A stretch of DNA of 23,331 bases from Thermodesulfobacteriota bacterium (GTDB taxonomy: Bacteria > Desulfobacterota > Desulfobulbia > Desulfobulbales > SURF-16), in the NCBI GenBank assembly GCA_040755455.1, contig JBFMAY010000051.1, positions 1 through 23,331 of the forward strand, in the 5' to 3' direction. Shown one piece after another: positions 1 to 8,704 of the stretch. The position numbers and the translations under genes were made by a program. Position 1 is the stretch's first letter. Each line of letters begins with the position of its first letter. The notes under the pieces are model-generated. The model was not told the origin of the DNA. It worked only from the letters and a program-made list of their open reading frames with translations, and did not search any database.

Positions 1-113
1 CAGTCCGAACGAGACCGCGAAGGCAAGCGAGCAGCGACGAGACAGTACACATAGTACGGCGAGGAGCCGCACAGCGCAGCCGACAAAGGTATCGTTTGGA
101 ATGTGAACCGGAA
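1..113. repeat. Palindromic REP/MITE-like extragenic element, cut by the window's left edge
   Basis: 1-16 CAGTCCGAACGAGACC matches the reverse complement of 88-103 at 13/16. Central GTAC-N5-GTAC at 45-57. Abuts the methyltransferase TAG stop (114-116). Only one copy is visible, so repetitiveness is inferred. Confidence 0.5.
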
Positions 114-1157
114 CTATTGGATGGTCATCATTTCCGCTCGTACCATGTCAATGGCTTTGACCGTGGGCAGATACTGATCCCGCGTTGTTATGATGGCCTC
201 GCCCTTGGCGTTTTCGCTGACGCTCTGCACCTTTTCCGTTTTGCGCACCACGCCCTTGATGACCAGACGTTTTCCGTCCATCTCGATCTCACCGTTCATG
301 TACCCGCCGGCCAGCATGAGAGCCAGGTGGCCGTTTTTGAGCGGGGCCAGGGGACGGATCGAGTTGCACCGTCCAGGCACCAGGTCCTTGCCGAGGAGAT
401 CGTTCAGCAGGCCCGATTTGCGGACCAGCGGAATGACCTCAAGCGGGTCGATGCGCGTGGACTTGAAGGTGAGCATGGGGCTTTTCGGGGCGGGGATGAT
501 CACCCGCGCCGAACAGGCCGCAAGCTGGGGCGTGATAGTGAAAAATTCTTCCGGATCCCTGCCGCTGAGCCGAGCCAGACTGCGCTCGGTTTCGGCGGAC
601 TGTCCTTTATGGACCAGTGACCGCTTGCGGCCCAGAACCACGCATTGTTTGAAGACCTGAAACTCCTCTGCCGGGAAGGCGAACACCTGCAGCATCTCGA
701 AATACCGCGCCAGAACAGCGGCACAGAATCTCAAGACCGTGTACGGGATGACCAGCACGAGCCAGCCGTCCCGCTGCAGGGTTTCCTGGTAGCGCTTCAG
801 AAAGCGCGCTTCCAGACGTTCCGCCTTGCTGTCCGGAGACATTTCATAATCATAGGGCGGATTCAGAAAGAGCAGACCGAAGGCGGCCGGTGAGACGCGG
901 GTCTCGACCAGCGAATCGCCCCATAACACGTGGGACAATCTGCCTCTCGCCTCCATCGCCCTTTGATGGTCGAGCTCGATGCCGTAAGTTTGGCCGCTTG
1001 TTTCTTCCGCCAGATCGGCCAGGGTCTTGCCCTTGCCGCAGCATGGGTCCAGCAGCCTGGCATCCTGCTCGATATCGAGTAATTGTTTAAGTTGGCCGCG
1101 AAACTTCTCCGGGGTCGGATAAAAGCCGGCCTTTGCCTGTGAGCCTAATCGTGCCAT
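114..1157 (-). CDS. DUF6094-type class I SAM-dependent (N6-adenine) DNA methyltransferase
   Basis: N-terminal ARLGSQAKAGFYPTP, motif I LLDPCCGKG, YGIELD, motif IV LFLNPPY. AAGGAG RBS at 1164-1169. Confidence 0.85.
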   Translation of the reverse strand: MARLGSQAKAGFYPTPEKFRGQLKQLLDIEQDARLLDPCCGKGKTLADLAEETSGQTYGIELDHQRAMEARGRLSHVLWGDSLVETRVSPAAFGLLFLNPPYDYEMSPDSKAERLEARFLKRYQETLQRDGWLVLVIPYTVLRFCAAVLARYFEMLQVFAFPAEEFQVFKQCVVLGRKRSLVHKGQSAETERSLARLSGRDPEEFFTITPQLAACSARVIIPAPKSPMLTFKSTRIDPLEVIPLVRKSGLLNDLLGKDLVPGRCNSIRPLAPLKNGHLALMLAGGYMNGEIEMDGKRLVIKGVVRKTEKVQSVSENAKGEAIITTRDQYLPTVKAIDMVRAEMMTIQ

Positions 1158-1197
1158 TGATGTCTCCTTGTTATGTCATTGGTTCATATCCTTCCGG

Positions 1198-1401
1198 TTA
1201 TGAGCCTGTTTCCGTTTCGACCAGAAAATGCGTCTGGGCCATTCTGGAAAGATCGAATCCGTCCAGATCGTTTTTCCGGGCCAAGTGCATCAGGTCGGTC
1301 ATCAGGTCGGTTATGCCGGTCTCATGGCAATCGAGAGATTCGCCTTTCAGCCGGCAATATTCGGTTAAGATGGTTTCTGCTATTCGGGTTCGCGAATTCA
1401 T
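1198..1401 (-). CDS. Small hypothetical protein (67 aa), MGE-associated type
   Basis: ATGA overlap with the upstream gene's stop. ITDLMTDLMHLA...FD...AQTHF pattern resembles small plasmid/ICE proteins. Confidence 0.7.
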   Translation of the reverse strand: MNSRTRIAETILTEYCRLKGESLDCHETGITDLMTDLMHLARKNDLDGFDLSRMAQTHFLVETETGS

Positions 1402-2030
1402 GTTTCACCTAGCTTTCCGGCTGGCGCTGTGAGAATCCGCCAGTTCGGTACGATGGAGTTGAGCGTTTCGAAGGCCTGCGCTCTCCCGGCATCCGGGAAG
1501 AGCAGTACATTCCTGAGGACTTCAAAAAGCCTGGGCGCAACCGCGATGAGGCGGACGTTTCCTGCGTCCCGCCGTTCGACGATCAGATCGCGCATGTCGC
1601 CCTCTTCGTCCGAGATGTCGTACCCGTCGGGCCCCCATGTCTGTTGCTCGTAACGGGCCTCAGTGACGATGTAAGAGCCTTCCGTGTCCGGATGGGATTC
1701 CACCGTCCATGGTCCGGGGGTGGTTTCGAATTCACATTGCGGCAAAGACGGATGCTCTTCTGTTTCCTTTGGTTCATTCTTTTCGGTGAACAACCGCCAG
1801 GCAAGATCCGGCCGGGCCTTGAGCGCCCGCAGGATCTCTTCCGCGCTTTCGGCGGCCACGCAGAGTTTCTCGATGGACGATTGATACCGTCCGGGAACCG
1901 CGTTGGGATCGGACGAGTCAACGGGATTGCCGTTTTCATCGACATCGCCGAACTCGTGAAAGTCATGGAAGATGTCGTCCGATCTTTCCCGCAGCCCTTC
2001 GATGATTTCATCCAGAATGGTATTGATCAT
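1398..2030 (-). CDS. Acidic hypothetical protein with a phage-type TPGPW...N.RLIA.AP module
   Basis: 210-aa ORF with 4-nt overlaps on both sides and a GAAAGGAGG RBS. Motifs TTPGPWTV and GNVRLIAVAPRLFEVL. Confidence 0.75.
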   Translation of the reverse strand: MINTILDEIIEGLRERSDDIFHDFHEFGDVDENGNPVDSSDPNAVPGRYQSSIEKLCVAAESAEEILRALKARPDLAWRLFTEKNEPKETEEHPSLPQCEFETTPGPWTVESHPDTEGSYIVTEARYEQQTWGPDGYDISDEEGDMRDLIVERRDAGNVRLIAVAPRLFEVLRNVLLFPDAGRAQAFETLNSIVPNWRILTAPAGKLGET

Positions 2031-2689
2031 ACAGGCCTCCTTTCACCGGGCTGTGAAAAACGCTCCCGCCTCGGGGACCCTTTCTCCGCCTGGTTTGTGG
2101 TTTGGGTGACTGAAGTTGCCGGAGCTTTGAGCATGTCTCGCAGCATGTTCCGCGGCACCTTGCAGATTATCCGGGTGTCCAGACAGAACAGCCGGAGCGG
2201 TTTGAGGCTGACCACCCTGAAGCGGGATCGGGCCCGGCCGTCCTGGAAGAAAATCGGCCGGGTCTCGATGACCGCATCCTTGACCAGCCGGAACGACTTC
2301 TTTCTGGCGATGTTGTCCCAGCATCGTTGCCGCCATTGCACGGCATATTCATGGTCGGTCGGGGTGAGGAGTTTCAGAATCCTATCGGGACATTGGCTTT
2401 CGTATGGCCCCACGGATTCGTCCATGTCCTTGTATCCAATGTCGTAGTCCAGATCAGCCGGCCGGTAATCCAGCAGAAAGACGAAGGCGACAACCTTGCG
2501 GGTCGCCATGTCCAGTTGCATGGTTACTTTGTCGCGCCGGATGATCTCAACCGCCATGTATGCCGTCCGCATTTTGACGATGGCGATGTCCAACAACACC
2601 CATCGGCCATGTTCGTTTTCACAGTTGACCTGGTCGGTCAGAAAATCTTTTACAGGGGTGCTGCCCCTGCGTGTATATGTCCATCCCAT
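2027..2689 (-). CDS. Conserved plasmid/ICE hypothetical protein (DUF6927-like)
   Basis: MGWT N-terminus, GYKDMDESVGP..CP.RILKLLTPT..YA..WRQRC motif. AAGGAG RBS at 2697-2702. Confidence 0.75.
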   Translation of the reverse strand: MGWTYTRRGSTPVKDFLTDQVNCENEHGRWVLLDIAIVKMRTAYMAVEIIRRDKVTMQLDMATRKVVAFVFLLDYRPADLDYDIGYKDMDESVGPYESQCPDRILKLLTPTDHEYAVQWRQRCWDNIARKKSFRLVKDAVIETRPIFFQDGRARSRFRVVSLKPLRLFCLDTRIICKVPRNMLRDMLKAPATSVTQTTNQAEKGSPRRERFSQPGERRPV

Positions 2690-2790
2690 TGCCTTGCTCC
2701 TTTGTATGCGCCGGAGGCAGGACCACCCGTTGAGGGCGGTTGCCCCCAGTCGGGGTTTGAGAATTTATGTTCCTAATGCATTCACATGAG

Positions 2791-2833
2791 GGAAAAGCCC
2801 GAACCCTGCAGGCAGCAGGATTCAGGCTTTTCC
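2791..2833 (-). terminator. 19-bp stem-loop downstream of ssb (terminator-like or processing hairpin)
   Basis: GGAAAAGCCCGAACCCTGC-aggca-GCAGGATTCAGGCTTTTCC. Both mismatches become G-U pairs on the minus-strand transcript. No clean U-tract follows. Confidence 0.45.
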
Positions 2834-2845
2834 GGGTGTTGAGCG

Positions 2846-3244
2846 TCAGAACGGCACGTCATCGGAAAATGGCGGTTCCTGGCCGTCTTTCGGTGGGGCC
2901 GGAACACTATCCGTCTTGTCGCCGCCGCCGAGCATTTTCATCTCGCGGGCGATGATCTCCGTGGTGAACCGGCTGTTGCCATCCGCGTCTTCCCATTTTC
3001 TGGTTTGCAGGCGGCCTTCGAGATACACCCTGGAACCCTTGGCAAGATACTCGCCGCAGATTTCCGCCAGGCGGCCGAAGGCCACAATCCGGTGCCATTC
3101 CGTGGCTTCCTGCTGATTGCCCTCCGAATCTCTCCACCGTTCAGTGGTCGCAACCCTGAAATTGGCGACAGCCACCTGGTTTTTGGTGTAACGGGTTTCC
3201 ACATCAGCGCCTAAATTGCCGATCAGCATGGTCTTGTTCAACAT
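2846..3244 (-). CDS. ssb: Single-stranded DNA-binding protein
   Basis: [37 protein letters not shown], acidic C-terminal DDVPF. Confidence 0.97.
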   Translation of the reverse strand: MLNKTMLIGNLGADVETRYTKNQVAVANFRVATTERWRDSEGNQQEATEWHRIVAFGRLAEICGEYLAKGSRVYLEGRLQTRKWEDADGNSRFTTEIIAREMKMLGGGDKTDSVPAPPKDGQEPPFSDDVPF

Positions 3245-3336
3245 GATATTTCTCCTGTAATTTGTGCCAGGGATGTATTCCCCACTATTGGGGAGTGCTT
3301 TCTCCCCGGCAGAGTGGATGGTCGTGAAAAGAGGGA

Positions 3337-4308
3337 TTATGCCGCCTTTTTGATTTCCAGAAAGGAATAGGAACTGGTCGCCTGAAAGTCAGTCAGAGAC
3401 TGGCCATACTCTTTGAGAAAATCGGCAAGCCGGTCCGTGTCCAGTGTCTTTCTGGTGCGGGTTGCCTTCTGCAGCAGTCTGCCATGGGCCTTGATCGGTC
3501 CCCGGGCTGAAACTATAGCCAGGAGATCCCTTTTACGAATGTCGATGTCCGTCTCCAGATTCTTCTGTTGCTTCTGCAGCTCGGTGAGGATCTCGACGCT
3601 CTCGGTGAGTTCCCGGACTTCTTCAGCCGCGAATTTCGGGCAATCGGCCACAAAGGGGCAATAGCCGCACAAGGGGCTGACCTCCATGGCCGGGATTGCT
3701 GATGAGTCTGCCATGACATGCTGGTAGTCGTTCCAGATGGTGCACGCCCGCTCGAGCAAACCTGCAAAAATGGTTGCCTGTGGCGTGTAACCGTTGAACA
3801 GCGCCATGCCTGACGATCCGAAGTTGACCGCCAAAATCGCGCCTTTTTCCACGGTGTAGTCAGGATAGGCCGCAGCCAGCAGTCCCATCTGCAGGTAGAG
3901 CTGGGTTTCCCAGGAGCCATATGGTTCAGTCGGGATGGTTTCCGGTGATTTCACTTCCAGCACGGCCATGGTTTTCCTGACCTTGGAAGTAAAGACGAAA
4001 TCGATGTGGGCCGTGACCGGGACATCTCCTGCATAGCGTACTTCCACCTGCCGCTCGAAATTGGTGAATCCGGCGGCGGTGAATGCTGCGGCGACAATTT
4101 CCTCAGCCATGTGGCCGCGCCGGAAACGAAGCAGAGTCACCAGATCGGCATGCGGGGGATTGATTTTTGAAAGAATTGTTTTGCGTGGGCAGGCCCCGAT
4201 CTCGGATACGCCGAGATAGGTGGCACGGTCGCCAAGCGTTTCCACGGTGTGCTGAATGGCCAACTGCTGAAGAGTGGCCTGCAGGGTGATCATGAACTGG
4301 TCTGACAT
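3337..4308 (-). CDS. Cas4/RecB-like PD-(D/E)XK exonuclease with a 4-Cys Fe-S staple
   Basis: SEIGACPRK (Cys1), [29 protein letters not shown] (Cys2-4). C-terminal coiled-coil extension. Confidence 0.85.
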   Translation of the reverse strand: MSDQFMITLQATLQQLAIQHTVETLGDRATYLGVSEIGACPRKTILSKINPPHADLVTLLRFRRGHMAEEIVAAAFTAAGFTNFERQVEVRYAGDVPVTAHIDFVFTSKVRKTMAVLEVKSPETIPTEPYGSWETQLYLQMGLLAAAYPDYTVEKGAILAVNFGSSGMALFNGYTPQATIFAGLLERACTIWNDYQHVMADSSAIPAMEVSPLCGYCPFVADCPKFAAEEVRELTESVEILTELQKQQKNLETDIDIRKRDLLAIVSARGPIKAHGRLLQKATRTRKTLDTDRLADFLKEYGQSLTDFQATSSYSFLEIKKAA

Positions 4309-4404
4309 AGTATCCTCCTTCTGTTGGAATTAAAATTGGGAGGATACACGGATTCCCGCCAGGGGAATGGTGTTTACTCCCTCAGGGTTTACGGGTGGTT
4401 GGTG

Positions 4405-5064
4405 CTATGCCGCTTTCTTCATCCAGGTTTTCTCAGTTTTATCCCACTGAAAACCCGCGGCCTTGAGCAGTTCCTTTTTGTCGAACAGTCTGTCGCCGAT
4501 GGCAACGATAACACCTTGACGGTTTTCAAAGGTGACGCCGGCAATCTTGGGCATGGCCGTCGCTGGTTTACCGCTCGTTTCAGCCGGTTTTTCGACTGGT
4601 TGGCTTTTGCTGCCGGCTTGGGTATTGCCGGGATTCTTCTGATAGACGTTTTTCAGCAGGCCCTTGTAGGAATCACTACCGATGGACAGAAGTGACATGC
4701 ATTTCTGGATGGCATCGGTGATCGCGCCCTTCTGGGCATCGCCGACATTGCCTTTGACAATCTGCATCTGGCCTTTCTGTGATCCTTTGCAGAACCATTC
4801 ACCGTCGATCTTGAGATAGAGTTTCACCTCGGCAACCGCCTGGCAGTCGAAGATCTCCTCCCTGGTCAGTTCGTACCTCCAGTTTTCCGGGCCAAGAAAC
4901 TCGTTGACACTGTCAAAGACATACTGAGGCCGGTAGCCGTATTTTACCTGGCCGATGACCTTGCCGTCCTTGCCGGTCATTTTGATTTCCTGGACCGCCT
5001 CAATGCCGAAAGACCGCAATCTTTCGTTGATCGAATTGATTTTTTCCTGAAGTGTTGCAGCCAT
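4405..5064 (-). CDS. Rad52/Rad22-family (Sak-like) single-strand annealing protein
   Basis: GY.PQYVFD..NEFLG..NW, GDAQKGAITDAIQKC.SLL.IG. C-terminal KELLKAAGFQWD..KTW domain. Start taken at ATG 5064 behind AGGAGG. Confidence 0.8.
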   Translation of the reverse strand: MAATLQEKINSINERLRSFGIEAVQEIKMTGKDGKVIGQVKYGYRPQYVFDSVNEFLGPENWRYELTREEIFDCQAVAEVKLYLKIDGEWFCKGSQKGQMQIVKGNVGDAQKGAITDAIQKCMSLLSIGSDSYKGLLKNVYQKNPGNTQAGSKSQPVEKPAETSGKPATAMPKIAGVTFENRQGVIVAIGDRLFDKKELLKAAGFQWDKTEKTWMKKAA

Positions 5065-5610
5065 TATTGTTTCCTCCTGTTTGCTGTGGAAGGGAAACAA
5101 CGACGCCCCGGCGGGAGCAGAAAGTTGTTTCGCTCCCGATTGATGGGGTAGATGGTGATTTGCAGTGAAAAATATGAAACGCCTGCCGAACCTGGAAGTT
5201 CACATTGCCGTGTAAAAAAAACACTGTTGATGATTAAACTTTGGAACGCTGGCGTAAATAAAAACAGAAGGGAAAATCGGATAAAAGATGAGGCAGCCAC
5301 GCGAGAAAATATGGAGGATCAGGTTCGCATCCGCGATTAAACCTGGACGTGCCAATAAATGCGAAGCTGTGGTACCTGAAATTCAAGAACACAGAAAACG
5401 TGTCAGCTAAGCCCTTGAAAAGGGATATCTCATTGTGAAATGAGCCGGAATAATGACCTTATTCTTATGCGTTACGAGAAAAAAAGGCAAGGGGAAAATT
5501 CCAAAGTTGCAAATCTGACTTGGAAATCTGGCAAGTCTACGGTCGGCTTTCCATGCCCCCTGATAATAATATTTCAGGAGGATCGATCAAATGAACAAAA
5601 TGCGCCATGC

Positions 5611-6228
5611 TCACAGAGCCTGCCGCAGGGTCGAATCAAGGGCTGAGGCGGAAATGAAAGGCTGGGCTCGATGCGCTGAGCCTGGCGGCACCAACTCCAG
5701 CACCGCCCTCAGATCTTCATCTGTAAGCAGCGGCCGGACATGGGTGGTTCGAAAGAGATGAGGAACACCGCTGCCGGCAATAAGGGCGATAGCGCTGCTG
5801 ATATTCTCGGCAGCGCCGGCCTTGCCGGCCAAGAGCTCATAGCGCGCCAGGGGGGCCTTGATATCCATGGCGATAAAATCAACCAGCTGCCCCTCAATAA
5901 GATCGTGGATTACCTGGGGACGGCTGCCGTTGGTATCAAGCTTGACGGCAAAGCCCATCTCCTTGAGGTGCCGGCAGAACCCTGGCAGGGCCTCTTGCAG
6001 GGTGGGCTCACCGCCGCTGACTACAACCCCGCCCAATAAGCCCTGGCGCGTCTCCAGAAAAGCAAAAAAATCGCGACTGCTCAACAGCTCCGCCGCAGGC
6101 CGCTGGCCAAGGAGCGTGCCGTTATGACAGAAAGGGCAGCGGAAATTACAGCCCTGGCTGAAAACAATGGCAGCCGGCCGGCCGGGAAAATCACTGGCGG
6201 TAAAGGGCTCAAAACCTCCAAGACGCAT
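5611..6228 (-). CDS. nrdG: Anaerobic ribonucleotide reductase activating enzyme (radical SAM)
   Basis: GCNFRCPFCHN (CxxxCxxC), SGGEPTLQ, KLDTNGS. Directly follows nrdD. Confidence 0.95.
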   Translation of the reverse strand: MRLGGFEPFTASDFPGRPAAIVFSQGCNFRCPFCHNGTLLGQRPAAELLSSRDFFAFLETRQGLLGGVVVSGGEPTLQEALPGFCRHLKEMGFAVKLDTNGSRPQVIHDLIEGQLVDFIAMDIKAPLARYELLAGKAGAAENISSAIALIAGSGVPHLFRTTHVRPLLTDEDLRAVLELVPPGSAHRAQPFISASALDSTLRQAL

Positions 6229-6237
6229 ACTCCCTCC

Positions 6238-8358
6238 TTACACAGTAAACCTGCTGCGCAGGACAAACTCGGCTTTCTTGCCCTCGTTCCACTGGCTCAC
6301 CGGCCGCAGGTAGCCCACCACCCGCGAATATACCTCGGTTGGCCTCTGGCAGTGAGGACAGATTTCCGGCTCACCCTGGAGATATCCATGCTCTGGGCAG
6401 ATGGCAAAGGAGGGGGAGACGGTGAAATAGGGCAGTCTATAGCGGGAACAAACCGTGCGGACAAAGGCCTTGACCGCGCCAGGATCCGGTGCCGCCTCGC
6501 CGAGATAGGCATGGAGCACCGTGCCGCCGGTGTAACGGATCTGCAGGTCGTCCTGCAGATCAAGGACCTCAAAGACATCCCTGGAATAATTAACCGGCAG
6601 CTGGGTTGAGTTTGAGTAGATTGGGGTCGCTTTCGCATCCGGGCAGACAAGAGAGGTCCGCATCCCGGGAAAACGCTTGCCATCCAGGAGAGCCAGGCGG
6701 AAACCGGTGCCTTCGGCCGGGGTGGCCTCCAGATTATACTGATGGCCACTCTCTTCCTGAAACTCAGCAAGACGAAGGCGCATATGGTCAAGAACCTTGA
6801 CGGCAAAACTGCGCCCGGCATCGGTGCCGATATCTACCCCCAGAAGGTTGAGACAGGCCTCGTTGGTGCCGATCAGGCCGATGGTTGAGAAATGGTTGTC
6901 CCAGAAACGGCCAAACCGCTCCCTGACCTGGCGCAGATAGAAACGGGTGTAGGGATAGAGGCCTTTTGTGGTGAGATTCTCCAGAACCTTGCGTTTTGTT
7001 TCCAGGCTGGCCCGGGCAAGCTCCATCAGGGCATCAAGACGCTGGAAAAAATCGGCCTCGCCAGCGGCCTGAAAACCAAGGGCCGCCATATTGATGGTCA
7101 CCACACCGATGGAGCCGGTGAGGGGGTTGGCGCCAAAGAGACCGCCCCCCCTTTTTTGCAGCTGCCTGGTGTCAAGACGCAGACGGCAGCACATGGAGCG
7201 GGCGTCATCCGGGCTCAGATCGGAATTAACGAAATTGGCGAAATAGGGGATGCCGTAACGGGCTGTCACCTCCCAGAGCTTGGCAAGGCCTTCAGCATCC
7301 CAGTCGAAATCAGCGGTGATATTATAGGTGGGGATGGGAAAGGTAAAGACACGACCCTTGGCATCGCCCTCACTCATTACCTCCAGGAAGGCAACATTGA
7401 AAATATCCATCTCTGCCTGATAATCGCCATACACCTGGCCCTGCTCCTCGCCACCTATGAATACCGGCTGATCGCGATAGGCCACCGGCGCCTGCAGATC
7501 CATGGTCAGGTTGGTAAAAGGGGTCTGGAAGCCAACCCTGGTGGGAACGTTGAGGTTGAAGATAAACTCTTGGAGGGCCTGCTTAACCTCCCGAAAGTTG
7601 AGGTTGTCATATCTGATGTAGGGGGCCAGCAGGGTATCAAAGCTGGAAAAGGCTTGGGCCCCGGCTGCCTCACCCTGCAGGGTGTAAAAGAAATTGACTA
7701 CCTGGCCCAGGGCGCTTCTGAAATGACGGGCCGGGGCTGATTCCGCCTTGCCAGGCGCACCGGTAAAACCGGTGCGCAGGAGGTCCTGGAGATCCCAACC
7801 CACACAATAGACAGAGAGCAAACCCAGGTCGTGGATGTGGAGGTCGCCCTCCTCATGAGCCCGGCGCACCTCAGGACTGTAAATCTTGTTAAGCCAGTAC
7901 GTCTTGCTCACAGAGCTTGCGATGTAGTTATTGAGGCCCTGGAGGGAGTAGGCCATATTGGAGTTTTCCTGAACCTGCCAGTCTAGGCGCTGGAGATAGT
8001 TGTCAATCATATCGACATCGGCCTTGGCCACCATCTCGCGAATGCGGGCATGCTGATCGCGGTAGATGATATAGGCCTTAGCTGTCTTCTTATAGGGAGA
8101 GGAGAGCAGCACCTCCTCCACCAGGTCCTGGATATCCTCTACGTTGGGGGGCTCAGGCCCAAAGAGATTCTGGGCCAGGGTCAAGACACGAATCATGAGG
8201 CGCCGGGCCTCAGCCTCCTCAAATTCGCCGCTGGCCCTGCCAGCCTTTAGGATGGCCTTGCTGATCTTCGTGGCCTCAAAGGGTACCAGGCGTTGATCAC
8301 GTTTTTTTATAGCGGCAAACAGGGCTTCAGAGACGACTACAGATGACTGGGGCATCAC
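6238..8358 (-). CDS. nrdD: Class III anaerobic ribonucleoside-triphosphate reductase with ATP cone
   Basis: ATP cone IKKRD..VPFEATKI, HIHDL, SMCCRL finger loop, EATPAEG, CPEH/CPHC metal site, glycyl-radical loop YSRVVGYLRP. Start is GTG 8358 or ATG 8355. Confidence 0.97.
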   Translation of the reverse strand: MMPQSSVVVSEALFAAIKKRDQRLVPFEATKISKAILKAGRASGEFEEAEARRLMIRVLTLAQNLFGPEPPNVEDIQDLVEEVLLSSPYKKTAKAYIIYRDQHARIREMVAKADVDMIDNYLQRLDWQVQENSNMAYSLQGLNNYIASSVSKTYWLNKIYSPEVRRAHEEGDLHIHDLGLLSVYCVGWDLQDLLRTGFTGAPGKAESAPARHFRSALGQVVNFFYTLQGEAAGAQAFSSFDTLLAPYIRYDNLNFREVKQALQEFIFNLNVPTRVGFQTPFTNLTMDLQAPVAYRDQPVFIGGEEQGQVYGDYQAEMDIFNVAFLEVMSEGDAKGRVFTFPIPTYNITADFDWDAEGLAKLWEVTARYGIPYFANFVNSDLSPDDARSMCCRLRLDTRQLQKRGGGLFGANPLTGSIGVVTINMAALGFQAAGEADFFQRLDALMELARASLETKRKVLENLTTKGLYPYTRFYLRQVRERFGRFWDNHFSTIGLIGTNEACLNLLGVDIGTDAGRSFAVKVLDHMRLRLAEFQEESGHQYNLEATPAEGTGFRLALLDGKRFPGMRTSLVCPDAKATPIYSNSTQLPVNYSRDVFEVLDLQDDLQIRYTGGTVLHAYLGEAAPDPGAVKAFVRTVCSRYRLPYFTVSPSFAICPEHGYLQGEPEICPHCQRPTEVYSRVVGYLRPVSQWNEGKKAEFVLRSRFTV

Positions 8359-8424
8359 TCTCTCCTTTCCACGCGGGATGTGAGTTATAAAAGTGGGTGA
8401 CCCATGGAATTTTCAACCATGGCA

Positions 8425-8600
8425 TCGGCAGGTCTTCGGACTCCCAGGCACTGACTAAAATCCTACTGACCACGGCTTCCCAGTCATTGACCAGTGCCTG
8501 ATGTGGTGTTCGTTCCTGATTACCGCTGCGGGACAGTTCCGGACTTGCACCGGATTCCCTCTTGCCTCACCCCCCGGAAAACCAGGGCGGCGAACCGGCA
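8425..8600 (-). ncRNA. Cobalamin (AdoCbl) riboswitch in the nrdD leader
   Basis: Minus strand reads GGTTC...AAGAGGGAATCCGGTGCAAGTCCGGAACTGTCCCGCAGCGGTAA...CACTG...CTGGGAAG...GAGTCCGAAGACCTGCC, the canonical core elements and B12 box in order. Confidence 0.95.
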
Positions 8601-8602
8601 AA

Positions 8603-8649
8603 ACACTATATATGGTATGACAACAAAAAGTCAATACAAAATACGGACA
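8603..8649 (-). promoter_or_regulatory. nrdDG sigma70-type promoter overlapped by tandem NrdR boxes
   Basis: Box 1 ACACTATATATGGTAT (8603-8618) fits acaCwAtATaTwGtgt. A weaker box 2 ATACAAAATACGGACA (8634-8649) lies 31 bp away. Minus-strand -35 TTGACT (8634-8629) and -10 TATAGT (8610-8605), 18-bp spacer. Confidence 0.8.
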
Positions 8650-8704
8650 CTGTTGGTCTCCGCCCCACCCCCCCTGTCACTACAATCACACTTTTTTCAT
8701 TTTC

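Larger units (their letters stand above)
114..5064 (-). mobile_element. Establishment/leading-region module of an ICE or conjugative plasmid (boundaries not visible)
   Basis: Co-oriented orphan MTase, small MGE-type hypotheticals, ssb, annealase and nuclease. No integrase, relaxase or T4SS gene lies inside the window. Confidence 0.65.

Noticed and set aside
96..2776. Plus-strand ORFs (96-620, 190-660, 1644-2447, 2327-2776) and similar antisense ORFs elsewhere, e.g. 6892-7740 and 13547-14326
   Set aside because: Antisense shadows of well-supported genes in GC-rich DNA; no motifs or RBS.
3337..4308. CRISPR-Cas adaptation locus suggested by the Cas4-like gene
   Set aside because: No cas1/cas2 and no repeat-spacer array seen in the window; neighbours are recombination genes.
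5560..5577. Fur-box-like TGATAATAATATTTCA
   Set aside because: Half-site spacing is one base off the 7-1-7 pattern and no intact gene follows.
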